A stretch of DNA of 64,000 bases from Raja brachyura (Eukaryota), in NCBI GenBank assembly GCA_963514005.1, contig OY740792.1:29512001-29576000 (forward strand), written 5' to 3'. A program made the translations under genes and the position numbers. A model generated the notes under the pieces. It was not told the origin of the DNA, ran no database searches, and saw only the letters and a list, made by a program, of their open reading frames with translations. Positions 38,601-51,947 of the stretch are shown here, piece after piece (within the stretch, counting starts at the first letter, position 1; every line of letters starts with the position of its first letter).

Positions 38601-40387
38601 TAAGAGTTTAGAGTCCATTATAAAAGATGAGTACTTGGAAGCACATGATAAAATAGGCCAAAGTCAGCATGGTTATGTGAATGGAATTAATTGCCACAGA
38701 CGGATGTGGAGGCCAAGTCATCAGATATTGTTAAAGCAGTGATGCTTGATTAGTAAGGATGTCAAAGGTTGTGGGGAGAAGGCAGAATGGATCCGAGGGA
38801 AAAATAGATCAGCCATGATCGAATGTAGGAGTAGACTCTGAATGGACTAATTCTGCTCCTATGACATTAACTAATGAACAACTTGGCAATAAAATTTCTA
38901 CTTGCAGATGCTTGATCTAAAGACATTAATATATACAAGTGAATATCCAGAATCGTTTCAGAATTGACACAGCGGCAAAATTTGCAAATATATTACTTCC
39001 TCCTTAAACCAGCCACTCGAAATATACATGTAATTCAAATAGAAATGCTGGAAACTCTCTGCACGATAGACATCAACCGTGGGAAGTGAAACTGAGTTAA
39101 TGTATTTGATCAAAGAACATTAATCAGAACTGGGAAAGAGGGAAAATTCCATTGAAGAATCTTTGAATCTTGTTCCTGACTTGCTGAGTGTTTCCAGCAT
39201 TTTCTGATTTTATTTCGGAATTCAAGCATTTACATTTTTTTTTAATTTCCATACATATCTGTGTTAACTCAGAATTGATCAATTTAATCTATGTAAATGG
39301 TCAACAGAATGCAAATGTTAGAACATGGCAAAGCATGACTGATGCAATGAAATTTTAATCTTTAGTTAAGTTTTACATTTAGAACTTTAACTTTCTTTAC
39401 TTTACATTGTTTGTCTGTGGTAAACAAGCCATTTGCCATTAACAGTTTTACAATTAAAAATTGTTGATCTGACAATTGCTGTCACCTGAGGCTGGCAGCA
39501 CATGCAGCCATTCCTTGATTTATAAAAGGGGTGCATTGAAAATAATTTCACAAATCAAAGAGGTTGGATAAAGTGTATTACGGCTGCTCTGGTACAGTCT
39601 ATTCCAATTTGTCATAATTAGAAACAGATTTGTAAATCAAAGACATGTACCCAAATGTGTCAAAGAATTACAGTGAAAATTCGCTAATTACATTTTCATA
39701 AACTGAGATATACTGTGTATGTAGAGAGCGACAGTCATCTATTCCAACTCTGATTGCAATCTATTGAGTTACAAGGTGCCCCATGTTACAATATATAAAA
39801 TACACTGAAGGGATGGACTATCCAGAAAACACTCAGCCCCCCAGATAGACCACCGTGATGTCACTGCTTTTGTTCAAGCTCCTGCAACTGGCAGCATTCT
39901 CTTTACTTGAAGTTGTTTGGGACTGGGGAAATGTCCTGGAGTTCCCACATTGTGCTGAATTTGTATTCCATGGATCGGAAGTGCCTTGCAACATGGATGA
40001 ACTTACCAGCCAGTAACATGCCAAAATAATACTTAATTTCCCCGACATCACCTAATTCCCAAATTTATTAAAATCCCGTTTCACACTCTGTAGAAACAAC
40101 AGTCTATGAAACCGGATTTCATTCTGCTTACTCCCATTTACATTCTCATGTAATATATTATTTACAAAGTAATTCAATATACTTTTGATATATTGCTATA
40201 TCAACAATTTGCATAAATATATGCAGCATACAAAAATGAACATTTAACAATCAATATTAATGTTCCTGCTAATCAAATATGCATATTTTAATTTATTTAC
40301 ATTTGACAGCACTGCATTTTTTAACATTGCTATAGGCAGTGAAAGAAAGAGTACCGAACCTTTGACCCTCATCTAACATCAACTTAC

Positions 40388-40475
40388 GTTAAAATAGGCT
40401 TTAAGAGTTTCTGAAGGTTTGTCATCAGCTGTATTTAAAATCATCTGTAACTGCTGGATGGTGTTCATAGCAGCT
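40388..40475 (-). CDS. RB1: RB1 coding exon (exon 12 equivalent), 88 nt
   Basis: ttacag|AGCTGCTATG...TTTAAC|gtaagt encodes [29 protein letters not shown] (human [29 protein letters not shown]). Phase is compatible with both neighbours. Confidence 0.96.
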
Positions 40476-41311
40476 CTGTAACAGAAAAAAGGCCAATAAA
40501 AAACTTTTCAGTGTGTATTTATTTTCAGGATGTGGGCATTGCTGGCATGGCCAACCTTTATTATCCATACATCATTGCCCTCAAGATAATGGTGAGCTGT
40601 CCTCTTGAATCATCAGAGTGGCTCTGGTGAAAATGCTCCCACACGTTGATCGGTAGAGTACATTCCCTCCACAACTCCCTCCACAACTCAAAGTACGTTG
40701 ATCGGTAGGATGTAGACCTACCAATGATGAAGGGCTAATGATATATTTCCAGGTCAGGATTATGTGCAATTTAAGTGAAAAGTTATAATGTTCCCATGCA
40801 CCTTCTGCATGTCCTTAGACAGAAATCATAGATTTCAGAATTAACCTAGATAATAACTGCTGCATATTTTAAAGGTACACACTGCAGCAACTGTATGGGG
40901 AGGTGGGTGGAAATGTAGAAACTTAATGTTTAGTATCAATGCCAGTCAAGTAGACTGCTTTGTCCTGGATGGTGTCCATTTTGTTGATTCTTTTTGCAGC
41001 TGCATATATCCAAACACGCTGCGAATATTTCATTGCAGTTCTGACTTGTACTTTGCAGATGGAGTCAAAAGGTGAGTCACATGCCACAAAGAGTGCCAGT
41101 CAATGAGTTATTCTTATAATCCTAGTATTTGTGTAGCTGCTGCAACTGAGATTCTAAGTAATGATGATCTGGCATTTAATGTCGGGGGTCGATAGTTAAT
41201 CTACCTTGTTGGAGATGGTCATCCCCTATTATCAGCCCTGAATATTGACTAATTCTTGTTGCATGTACGGATGAGTTGTTTTGTTTTCTGTGTTGGAAAG
41301 TAGTACAACGA

Positions 41312-41980
41312 CTAGTGTGGGGAAGGGACGGAGAGAGAAGGGATGAAAGGGTTACTTAAAATTAGAGAAATCAACATCATGCCAATGGATTGTATGCTGC
41401 CCAAATGAAATATGAGATGCTGCTCCTCCAATTTGTGTTTTCCCTCACTCTGACAATGGAGGAGGCCTAGGACAGAGAGGTCAGTGTGGGAATGGGAAGG
41501 GTAATTAAAGTGTTTGACAACTGGGAGATCAGGTAAGTCCAGGTGGACTGAGCGTAGGCGTTCAGCGAAACGATCCCCCAGTCTACGTTTGGTCTTGCCG
41601 ATGTATAATACTCCACACCTTGAACAACAGATAGAATAGATGAGGTTGGAGGAAGTGCAAGCAAACCTCTGAAAGGACTGTCGGAGTCCTAGGACAGAGT
41701 CAGGAGAGGAGGTATAGAGACAGGTGTTGTATCTCCTGTCGTTGCTGTGGAAGATACCTGGGGAGAGGGTGGTTTGGGTGGGAAGGGATGAGTTAACCAG
41801 GGAGTTGTGGAGGGAATGGTCTCTGCGGAAGGCGGAATGGGGGAAAGATAAGGACTGGAGTACTATGTCCCTGTTGGGACTGGGGGGAAGGGGGGAGCAC
41901 GAGCGGAGCTGCAGGGTACAAAGGAGACACGTGCGTGGCCTCATCTATGATAGAAGTGGGGAATCCCCGTTCCCTAAATG
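41312..41980 (-). mobile_element. Penelope-like element GIY-YIG endonuclease fragment
   Basis: CTSSNLIYSICCSRCGVLYIGKTKRRLGDRFAE...KHFN...KLEEQHLIFHLG. Confidence 0.92.
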
Positions 41981-41984
41981 TAAA

Positions 41985-42895
41985 TGTGTTGGTTAGCAGA
42001 TGACACCAAGGTTGCTGAGGTCGCAGACCACGAGGAAGGGTGTAAAAGTATACAGCAGGATATAGATCAGCTACAGAAATGAGCGGAAAAATGGTAGGTG
42101 AAGTTGAATCCGAGCAAGTGTGAGATGTTGCACTTTGTGAGGTCAAATGTACCCAGAAAATAGCCAATTAATGGCACGAACCTTAATAGTATTGGTCTAA
42201 AGAGGGATCTTGACTCCTTCGAATGCAAGTACAAAGAGTAGTAAATAAGGCATACGGCAGACATGCGTTTATAGGTTAAGGCATTGTGTTACGTAAGAGT
42301 CAGGAAGTCAAATGAGATGTGTTACGTAAGAGTCAGGAAGTCATGATGCAGTTTTATAGGACTTTGGTTCGGCCACATTTAGAGTATTGCTTGTAGTTCC
42401 GGTTACCCCGTTATAGGTAAGATGTGGAGGCTTTGTAAAGGATACAGAGGTAGTTTACCAGAATGATGCCCGGATTAGGAACTATTAGCTACAACGCGTG
42501 GTTAGACAGACTTGAATTGTTTTCTCTGGAGTGCCGGAGAGGAGGGAAGATCTGGTAAAATGTAAAAAAAATTATGAGGCGTAGATAGAACCGTTTTCCC
42601 GAGATGGAAAAATAAAATATTGAGGGGCATAGCTATAAGATGGTTAGGGCAAAGTTTAAAATGAGATGTGTTACGTTTTTACCACAGGGAGTGTAAGTTC
42701 CTGGAGCGAGCTGTTGGGAGTGGTAGTTGAGGCCAATACGATAGTGGGATTAAGATACTTTTAGATAGGCATATGGATAAGCAGAAAATGGATGGATATG
42801 GATGACTAGGCAGATAAGAGATGGTCTCGGCTTCATGTTCGGCAAAGAAAGTATGGGCCAAAGAGCCTGTTCACGTGCTGTACTGTTCTATATTC
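41985..42895 (+). mobile_element. Degraded CR1 RT/3' fragment
   Basis: Residual ADDTK, W.VKLNPSKCEMLHF and YRTLVRPHLEYC. Confidence 0.8.
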
Positions 42896-44890
42896 TGTCT
42901 AATGAGATCCTGGTAATTTTTCCACCTCATTTTAAAATGGTAATCGAACAGATCTATACATCTATCATTTTTTTTTAAAGAATATATATTTCAATAACTC
43001 TCAAACATGATTATCTTTTGATGGATTAATATGTAAACATATTAAATGTAACCATTACAAGAGAACAGTGAACAGTAGAATGTGGAACGTGTTCTAAAAT
43101 TTGGAACATTCAGAAATAAATGAATTATTGAGCAGTGGACTGTAAATTTACACCCAAGTACAAGTACCCAAGTACCCGTGTCTGGGTGTGAGTAGCTCTT
43201 GGCAGATACTGGAGTGTTTGACAAATTCTATCAGCACGCATTTGGGCAATCTGAAGCTTAAAAATAAGTAACAACAAATTTGATCTAAAATTAGCTGTGG
43301 CAGAAAGTAAATGATAATGGTTCAGAGGTGTATTTGTGATTAACCAATGATGCTCCAATGGGCTCAGTACTCAGTAAAAGCAGAAACCCTGACTACACTT
43401 AAAAAGTGCGTTGATTTGAAGAGATTAAATCCATAGAGCTATGGACATAATGCTGTTCTCTGTTGTGAATTTTCTATGATTCTTGGGACTTCAGTCATTG
43501 TCTCCATAGCACATCTCTGGGTCTCCACGCACTTCCATGGGGAACTATGTAGCCTGTGGGCTGCATGTGGCACTCAATGTTTTTACTTCTGAAGCCATGA
43601 CAAGTGATGCATGAATGATGGTTGCTGTTAACATCCATGAGCTCATCTCCCACAAAGGAAATTATCCACAAACACTATAATTTTAATGAAATTATCCACA
43701 AACGCTATACTCAGCAATAATGACTGAAAAACATAATCAGATTGTGGTAAAAACCCATCTGGTTCATTTACATGGTTCAGAATGGTTATAATTGGTAACT
43801 GCTTTTGCTTGCTGCCCAGTTGCAGCAGAACCACTAAACTAAAATACATGAATGAAATCGACCAAAGCATCCTTATCAACCTAGAATTTAGAAGTGCAAA
43901 GACTCTCCCAGCCTTGTTGACCTACCAAAGGCCTCCACATGAATATCTGAAAATAGGGCTAGATTAGCAGTGTTGTCTGAAGAAGGGTCTCGACCCGAAA
44001 CGTTGCCTATCTCCTTCGCTCCTTAGATGCTGCTGCACCCGCTGAGTTTCTCCAGCTTTTTGTGTTGCCCACTGACTACTTAAGCAACACTTGGCATAAC
44101 CTTACTTACACATGCTTTCAGCATAGTCAGCCTGCCAAACTCTTCCAACACAATCACTGGGTCTGTCCAAACCTATGGCCAAACTCAATGCCAAGACAAC
44201 AACCTCTCCCTCAATGATAGCAAGACAAAGGAGATTATGATTGATTAGGAAGCAATGCTGCACACGCCCTGAATACATTGATGGCACTGAAGTAGAAAAG
44301 GTTGAAAGTTTCGTTCCTAGGAATAAATATCTCCAGCAATTTTTCTGGGACCAGCCACATCAAAGCTATAGCCAAGATAGCACACCAACACCCTTACTTC
44401 CTTCAAAGGCTTGGGATGTACACCATATCCCCAACAACCCTCCCTACATCTACAGACACGTCGTAAAAAACATCAGAATACATAACAGCATGGTTTGGGA
44501 GTAGCTCCATTCAAGACTACAAGAATATGCAGAGACATGTGGATGTAGTCCAGACCATCATACAAACCAACCTCCCTTCCATTGACTCCATCTACATTCA
44601 GGAAACGAGGCCAACTATTGTGAAATGTTTCCATAAGTTTGAGTCAATGTTTACTCACCTATTGCGCAAATCTGGGAGTGCCTGCAGTTTATATTAAAAA
44701 TGTATTTAATCTTACATTTTCCATCAATGTTCGGCAGCATTTAATCCCAGTGCCTGGTAAAATTGAGCATTGTTGCAAAGGAAATGAATTACCTATTAAA
44801 AAATACACAAAGTACAGGTATAACTCAGGCAGCATACCTGGAAATCAAGAAAAGGCTATGTTTCGGGTCGGAAATTTTCTTCAGACTGAT

Positions 44891-45674
44891 TGTAGTGGCT
44901 AAATTAAAGAGGTCACAAAATGGAGGATCTTTGTATTTGCAGGGTCTGCTTGACATCTTTCTGCGAAAGTTGCAAGAGTCACAGCTCCAAGTCTGGACCC
45001 TAGATGGAAGTTGAGGATAAGGAGAGGTCCAGATGTCCTTACTTTGACAATATGTATAAGGGTTTACAGAAAGAGATAAAAAGTTCTGCAAATGCAATCT
45101 AAAAGGATTGGTTTTAGAAGGGGGTGTAAAAATGTATTGTTAATAATGTTGCCGCGTGTTTGTGCTGCTGTCTGATGATTGGTTAAAGTGTGAAACCTTG
45201 TTTGAATTGTTTATACAACCTGGGAAAATGCTTAATTACTTTACTTAATTGACTTCCTTCTAGAAGCTTCTGTAGAAACATTGTAATGGGGTATTTTGTA
45301 ATTGGGTTAGGGAACTGTCAATAACTGTATAATGTGATCTATATATGCGATTGGCTTGCAGGGGTTGTTGTGTCCCCCCCCACCCACCATATAGCTTTGT
45401 GCCACGGATCCGGTGGCCTATAAAAGTGAACCCCATGAGGATCGGAGTCGGTCTTCTGGAGGTGCACTTGGGATCATGTGACCTGCTGGAGGTGTCTGCT
45501 CGCACGAGGCAGAAGGGCTTGATCAAGTAGAGACAAGGATTGGATCCGCGGTGGTTAGGTATTGTATAGGGAGTTTGTTTATATCTAGGTAGAATAAAGA
45601 AGAGTTGTTCCAGTGCTTGAATCAGTGTTTTACTGAACTAGACTAGGGGGGTAAGCTGTAGGAATGTAATTACA
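44891..45674 (+). repeat. ERV 5' LTR (TG...CA); TATAAAA at 45419, AATAAA at 45593
   Basis: Ends ...GTAATTACA just before the PBS. Its 3' ~300 bp recur at 51948-52250. The start is either 44891 (TGTAG) or 44896 (TGGCT). Confidence 0.85.
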
Positions 45675-45675
45675 T

Positions 45676-45693
45676 TGGGGGCTCATCCGGGAT
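45676..45693 (+). promoter_or_regulatory. Primer-binding site for tRNA-Pro
   Basis: TGGGGGCTCATCCGGGAT, 17/18 match to the canonical MLV-type TGGGGGCTCGTCCGGGAT. Confidence 0.95.
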
Positions 45694-47596
45694 CTCAACG
45701 TACCACCAGACAAACGTTTGCGATCGGGGTGTTGAGTCAATTTACATTGTGAGTGGAGAAATCGGCGCCACGGTGCATCGGTTTTCGCATCGGTTTTCAC
45801 ACTTCGCTGATAGGGATAAATTGATCATTCGCCCGCTTGTGTTGGGGTCCCAACGAGATCTAAAGAACAGAGTGTAGCAAGCACTGAGGGTAGAGGAAAG
45901 GGAGTCCTTGCCTAAGGAGAGGGTGGGAGTTAGGCTCACAAGGCTTTTCTCCAGTGGGTTAGAGACCCCGCACCAAGTTAGTCAATAGCTGTTGCAGTCC
46001 GGTACCATTGATTTGGCCTGGCACCAAAAGGGTAGTTGAGGGTTTATAGTCCCTGCTCAGACTGGGATATCCGAATTGGCTGGGGTATCTGAATAAGTAA
46101 CATTGCGAAAGTGGAGAAGTACTGTATCGCTGCTGAGAGTGCGATTGGATAGGCACTTTAAAAATTGGCACCGAATTCCAGTGTGAAGCGGACAGGTGCT
46201 GAAGCCCAGTACCAAGCAGGTTGAAAGGAAGAAGCCCGTGGGGTGAGCCTATGAGGGAATAGTCCCCGTCTGTGTGAGTAGTATCTAGAACTTTGGAGAG
46301 GGAGGGATTCCACAATGGTACTGGGAACTCAGTGATTGGAGTATAATTGGCTGAAAATACTTGTGAACAACACCGAGAAGTTCAATTAAAGATGTGTCGA
46401 TTCTAAATTTGAATTTGAATTTGTGTGGGAAGGAAGCTAAAAGACGATTGGATAAGAGAATAAGAGTGAGAGTAAAGAGTTAAATTTATCAATCCAAATT
46501 TACTAAATTCAGGGCTTCATATTGAAGTACTGGCTCGTTCTATTCCAGGCTCTCATATTGAGAACTGGATACTGTAAAGCGTACATATTTTTCTGGTTAA
46601 TCTGTGTATAATAAAACATATTGTTGGAATTGTTAATAGTTAAAATTTGTTGATTTACAATTGAAGTGTGTTTAGAAGTGTGTTTAAAATTTTGCTGTTG
46701 CTTTATTGTACCTACTGTGTATTGCCTTTGATTTAGAGTTTTAGATACACTATTGTAATAGTGGTTCGAATCGTGACTGTATAGAAACATAGTGTGATTA
46801 AGACTGCTATTATAATTGGAGTCCGAATCGTGGCTGTTCAACCAAGGGTTCCTATCCTTTAGATCGCTGGTTAGTACATGTTAGTGGAAGAGTAAACTGA
46901 GGCAGAGGAAGAGTACTTGTTAGTGAAGAGTAACTCGATGGGAACTGTAAACCTTAATTCTAAGCATTTAGTGTGAGGAACGAGTACCTGACAGAAGAAG
47001 AGTAGTTTGATAGGACGAGTACCGCCTAGTGAAGAGTACTTTGATGGGAAGGTTTTCTGTATCTGGAGGAGAAGTCCGTTGGTTAAAAACAGCACGACAG
47101 GGGATTAAAAAATACTTTGATTGTTTTTGGAACTGTGCAGTTAACAAATGCGATATTAAACGAATTCTTGTAATTTACATCGGAGTGTGTTTTTGAATGA
47201 TAGTAATAAGTTGTTTAGTTTCTTGTCTAAGTACGATTTTGCTCGCATGTTTTGAGCTCATTTGTCTGCGTTTAGATTAAAGTGATTTGAGTGTGGGAGA
47301 TTTACTGCTGAAGAATGTTTTTGATTGCTCATTGAAGCACCTTAACTTTTTGTCGACCAAAGATTTTATTTGGAGTTGTTCACAGGTTGAAAGCTGCATG
47401 AGTTGTGAATTGTGTGAGATTGTAAAGGAAGTAGGGTACCCGATTGAAAGGATTGATTGTGTGATTGTGCTGTGAGAAGTGCGAGACTGCCGACGCGCTG
47501 TTGACCTTTTGGCCATTGTTCAGGAGCAAGTTTGATAAGTCTAGAGATTGCGAGTGAAGCGCGATTTGCTGGAAGATTGTGTGAATTGCTAAGAGT

Positions 47597-49711
47597 TTGT
47601 GTCCATTGTTAAAGAGTCCGCTCCAATTATTATGTAGTGAGTTTCCACAAAAGGCTGAAAGATTAAATGGCCTGTCCCACCAGCATGCAACTCCATGCGG
47701 CAAGCGCGACCTAACATGGTCGATTGAGCCGTCCGACCCACTTCGATCGCCGGAGCCGTATGGAGTTGTGCGGGGCTGGTCAAAATTCCGCGCGGCAACG
47801 GCCTGTCGGCCCGCAGCTGCCTCGGCGGCGCATTCACCGCCTGGATGTCATGCCTCCATGTCCCTCTCTGTGTGCCTGTGTCCCTCTCTGTGTGTGCCTC
47901 CGTGGCCCCTCTCTGTGTGCCTCCGTGTCCCTCTCTGTGCCCCTCTCGGTGTGCCTCAGTGTCCCTCTCTGTGCCCTTGTGGGACAGACCCTTAAGGAAC
48001 TTTTCAGGAGCGTTCAATAGGAAATTAGGGGACAATTTATGGACCGAGGGGGGCGTTGGAACAATGAAGGGAGTGAAATATATTGAAAAGATTATTTGGC
48101 AGTGTAGTAATAGCGACATAGCGAAAGAATGAATTGGATTATGGAGAAAGTATTATGAAGTGCAGAAAGCTAGTAGAGAAGCTGTGAGAATGGTGAATTT
48201 GGAAGAAGCAGCCTCAAAACCTGGAATAAAACTGAAAGATAATGAAGTAAACCGACCTCCAGGCACCAGGGGAGAAGGGTATATAAGTATAAGAGAGGAT
48301 GTGGATGTATAAGAGAGCATAAGGAACAGAAAAGAGATAGATCTCTTAAAGGAAAACCGATATATTTAGAGTTTAAGAATCCGGTGGTTGGCATTGGCTT
48401 TGAAGGTGGAGAAGACGAATATTTGGAAGATTGGGAAAGTGCTAAAATTAGAAGTTCACAGCCTCCACCATATTCGTCTTGCGTTCCCTGGATTTCACCC
48501 ACACATTGTATAGCTTGTGCACACAACAGACATTCAGAGCCTGCTGCACCTTTAACACCATGTGCATATTCCACAACAAAGCCTGCTTTACAAACAGCAG
48601 CAACACGAGTACAGGATTCTTTGACTCCATCCGCTCCACTATTGGCAGATAGTCCAGTAGCTCACAGTGCCAGGGGTAAAACGAACAGGATAGCTCCAGT
48701 ATTTAAGGAGAGAGAGGTTATTAGAGACATTGTACAATTACCAGAGTATTTTTGCAAGCCTAAACCTGGACGAATTAGACGAGCAGCGAGAGAACAGAGA
48801 GAGCCTTTTAGAAGATACCGTGATCCCCCTACTGAACGATAGAAGTACATACCCCCATGGAAACCCAACAAGATGATGGTAGTGTTAAGCAAGATTCCGG
48901 ATAGAAAGAAGTCACCTGCTTCCTTTGTAGATTACTTAAGAACTACAATGCGTGTGTATCATGCAGAATCCCGAGACCTATGGGCTATGAGACAACAGAT
49001 GATTACTCCAACAGAACACACCTGATTTTTAGCAGCCTTAGGACATCCAACTCATGAAGCACTGGCTAATGTGATCGCTGATGGTAGAGCATGGGAAGAT
49101 GCAGTTTTAACTGCACTTACCAATACTCTCCAGAAGCCTACAGATATATCAAAAATTTTGCATGTGAGACCGAAAAAGGGAGAGGGTGCAGATGAATTCT
49201 TGGAACGATTTTCTGAATTATATATGGATCAATCAGGGGATCTGAATTTTAGGAATGGGATAAATACTGTGTAATCTTACTGAACTTCTTTCCAACTAAT
49301 GTGGCAGAATCTATTAAAACTAATAATATGGACTGGTCAGAAAATAGTTCCAGTCAAATGGCCGGATCTGTAAGATACCACTGGAAAGATGTTAAAAAGC
49401 AGGATGGTCAGCCTGCAGTGAAAACAAAAACAGAACACGTGGCTAAAAAGGAGGCGCCAAACTCCGACTTTCGACCATAGAGTCCTCAAATGTTAGCAAA
49501 GAATGGAATGGGAGAAATTAGAGTTCCAGATTATCCAGATCATTATTACAATAATGCACCTGCCTTAGAACCAATCCTAATGGGACCAAGTGGTAGAAGA
49601 CATCGAATAAGGGGACCAGATCAGTGTTATACTTGTGGAGGGGCAGGTCACTGGAGTAGGGAGTGCCCAACCAGAGGATTCTTTCACAATAACCCCTTTT
49701 CACGTCTATGA
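47597..49711 (+). pseudogene. gag: ERV gag (matrix, PPPY late domain, capsid MHR, CCHC zinc knuckle), disrupted
   Basis: SSQPPPY; ILHVRPKKGEGADEFLERF (MHR-like); CYTCGGAGHWSREC. Start codon is uncertain. Confidence 0.88.
47667..47992. mobile_element. Harbinger-like MITE inserted in gag
   Basis: TIRs ATGGCCTGTCCCAC / GTGGGACAGACCCT with TAA duplication (47664-47666 and 47993-47995). Internal GTGTCCCTCTCT repeats. Confidence 0.88.
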
Positions 49712-51947
49712 TTGGCAAATTTAGTGGTGACTGGATGCAAATCTTACGAAGAACCTGTGCTGTCATTACAAGTAGAAGGAAAAATCTGTACCTTCTTGGT
49801 GGACACAGGAGCATCTATGTCATCACTCCAATCAATTTACAATCTCCCAGAATCACAAGATGTCCAGAGCCTGTACGGTTTTCAAGGACAAGTCTGCCAG
49901 TATCCCATCTCTGAGCCAGTTGAAGTGGTATACAGAGGAAAAGCAATAAAGCATAAGTTTGTGAAAACAACTGATTGGATTGCAATTTGATGGCCAGATT
50001 TGCTCTGCGCATTTCAATTAAAGATCGATTGCAGCGATGGTGGGATAGTAGTGACCCCTTGGGCTCACGAAAGACAGTGTTATTCAACAGTGACCCCCCC
50101 CCCCAATGGTGGTCCTTAGATCTGGATGAAGAACCTCCACTCGATATTACATTGGCTTACGACAGGAGTGGTAAGGATAGAGAGATGAAAGCCTTCTTTA
50201 AACCATATGAACGAAAGAACTGGCAAATCAAAATGTTGGCATTAGTTGAAGGAAAGGTAGGCATTACGGAGTATGCTGAGGTACCAGTGAAAACTATGGA
50301 AAGGAACTGCAGGGGTTGCTCCTCACATTACAAGAAAAGTGAATTACCCGGCAAGTGCGAAAGATCTGTGAGCAATGGTGAAACGGGTAATTACCATGGC
50401 AGACCCAAATAAATTCGAAGAACAAAATTTGTCTAACCAATATATTGTTCAGTTCCTTAGGCCCCAAGGACAGTTGTTACCCACCTACGTCAGCATCTGG
50501 GGAGTGAGGTATGCGAGTATGTGGACCCTCAAGTGTGGGCAGAAGACACAGCTCAGGTAGGATGCGTGAACATCAGTCCCATCCCAGGGGCTCTCCAGAA
50601 AAGGGTAACACTGCCTTCAATACAACAGTATCCATTAAAACCACAGGCCAGTAACAGCATAGACAAATTAATTTGGGGGATGCTAGAACAGGATGTCTTG
50701 GTAAAATGTCAATCACTCTGCAATACACCAATCCTCGCAGTTCCTAAACCAGGGAAGAAAGGCCAGTGCAGATTGGTCCAAGACCTAAAATCACTCAGTC
50801 GTAGAAACACCATGCGCAAGTGCCAAACCCTGCTCACATCCTAGCACTGATACCAGCAGAAGCCACAATCTTCTCGATAGTCGACCTGCAACACATTCTT
50901 TTCCTTGCCACTCCATAAGAACAGACAATATTTGTTTGCTTTCACATATAGGGGCCAGCAATACACCTGGACCAGATTGCCTCAGGGATTCATCAATTCG
51001 CTTACTTTATTTTCCAGGTGTCTACAAGAACAATTGAGTACTTTAAATTTTAGAAGATCTACTTTAGTGCAGTATGTTCAGGATTTATTAGTGGCCAGCA
51101 GAGATGAACAAAGCAACCGTGAAGATACTGCACAATTATTAAATCATTTTGCTAATCTGGGATATGTTGTCTCCCAGTCAAAGGTATTGATGGCCCAGGA
51201 GAGAGTAAAATTTTTAGGAGAAATTTTGGCAACAGAAAGGAGTCTAGAAAAAAGCAGACACAAACCAATTTGTGAATTCCCGATTCCTAAAGAAGCAAAA
51301 CAAATTAGGCAATGGCTTGGTATGGTCAATTATTGCAGACCTTGGATCCCTAATATAGCCTTGGAAACAAAATAGCTGAAACCCTATATGAGCAAAGGGG
51401 TTGAATTTCAATTAACTAGGAAAGCACAAGAGGCCTTTGAAAACTTGAAAAAATTGCTGATGCAGGCCTCAGCATTGGGAAGACCATTGTACGACAGACC
51501 CATCCAGCTCTACTGCACTATTTTATCTGAATGTGCAACCACAGTTCTGACACAAAAGCATAGGCATAGACCAGTTGTTAAAGAAGGAACTGCAGATGCT
51601 GGAGAATCGAGGGTTACACAAAAAGCTGGAGAAACTCAGTGGGTGCACAAAAAGCTGGAGAAAGACCAGAAGCTGGCATAGACCAGTTGCCTATTACTCT
51701 TCTAAGTTAGACCCAGTAGCCAGGGGACACCCACTCTGCACTCAAATTCTAACTGCCATATATAACAGTTTACAGTCTGCTGCAAATTTGACCCTACAAC
51801 AGGAAATTATAGTGTATAGCTCACATTCGGTTAGCAGCATTGCTGGGACAATTACAGACGCAGCACCTAACAATGGCTCGCCAGAATAAATACAAAATTT
51901 ACCTGTATTAAATAATCCGAAACTTCAATTTGGGCATTGTACAATTT
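49712..51947 (+). pseudogene. pol: ERV pro-pol: protease, 2H-phosphoesterase-like insert, RT and connection domain; truncated
   Basis: FLVDTGAS; QYPL, CNTPILAVPKP, RLVQDL, FAFTY.GQQYTWTRLPQGF, QYVQDLL (degenerate YVDD), WLGMVNYCRPWIP, RPVAYYSSKLDPVA. Confidence 0.93.
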
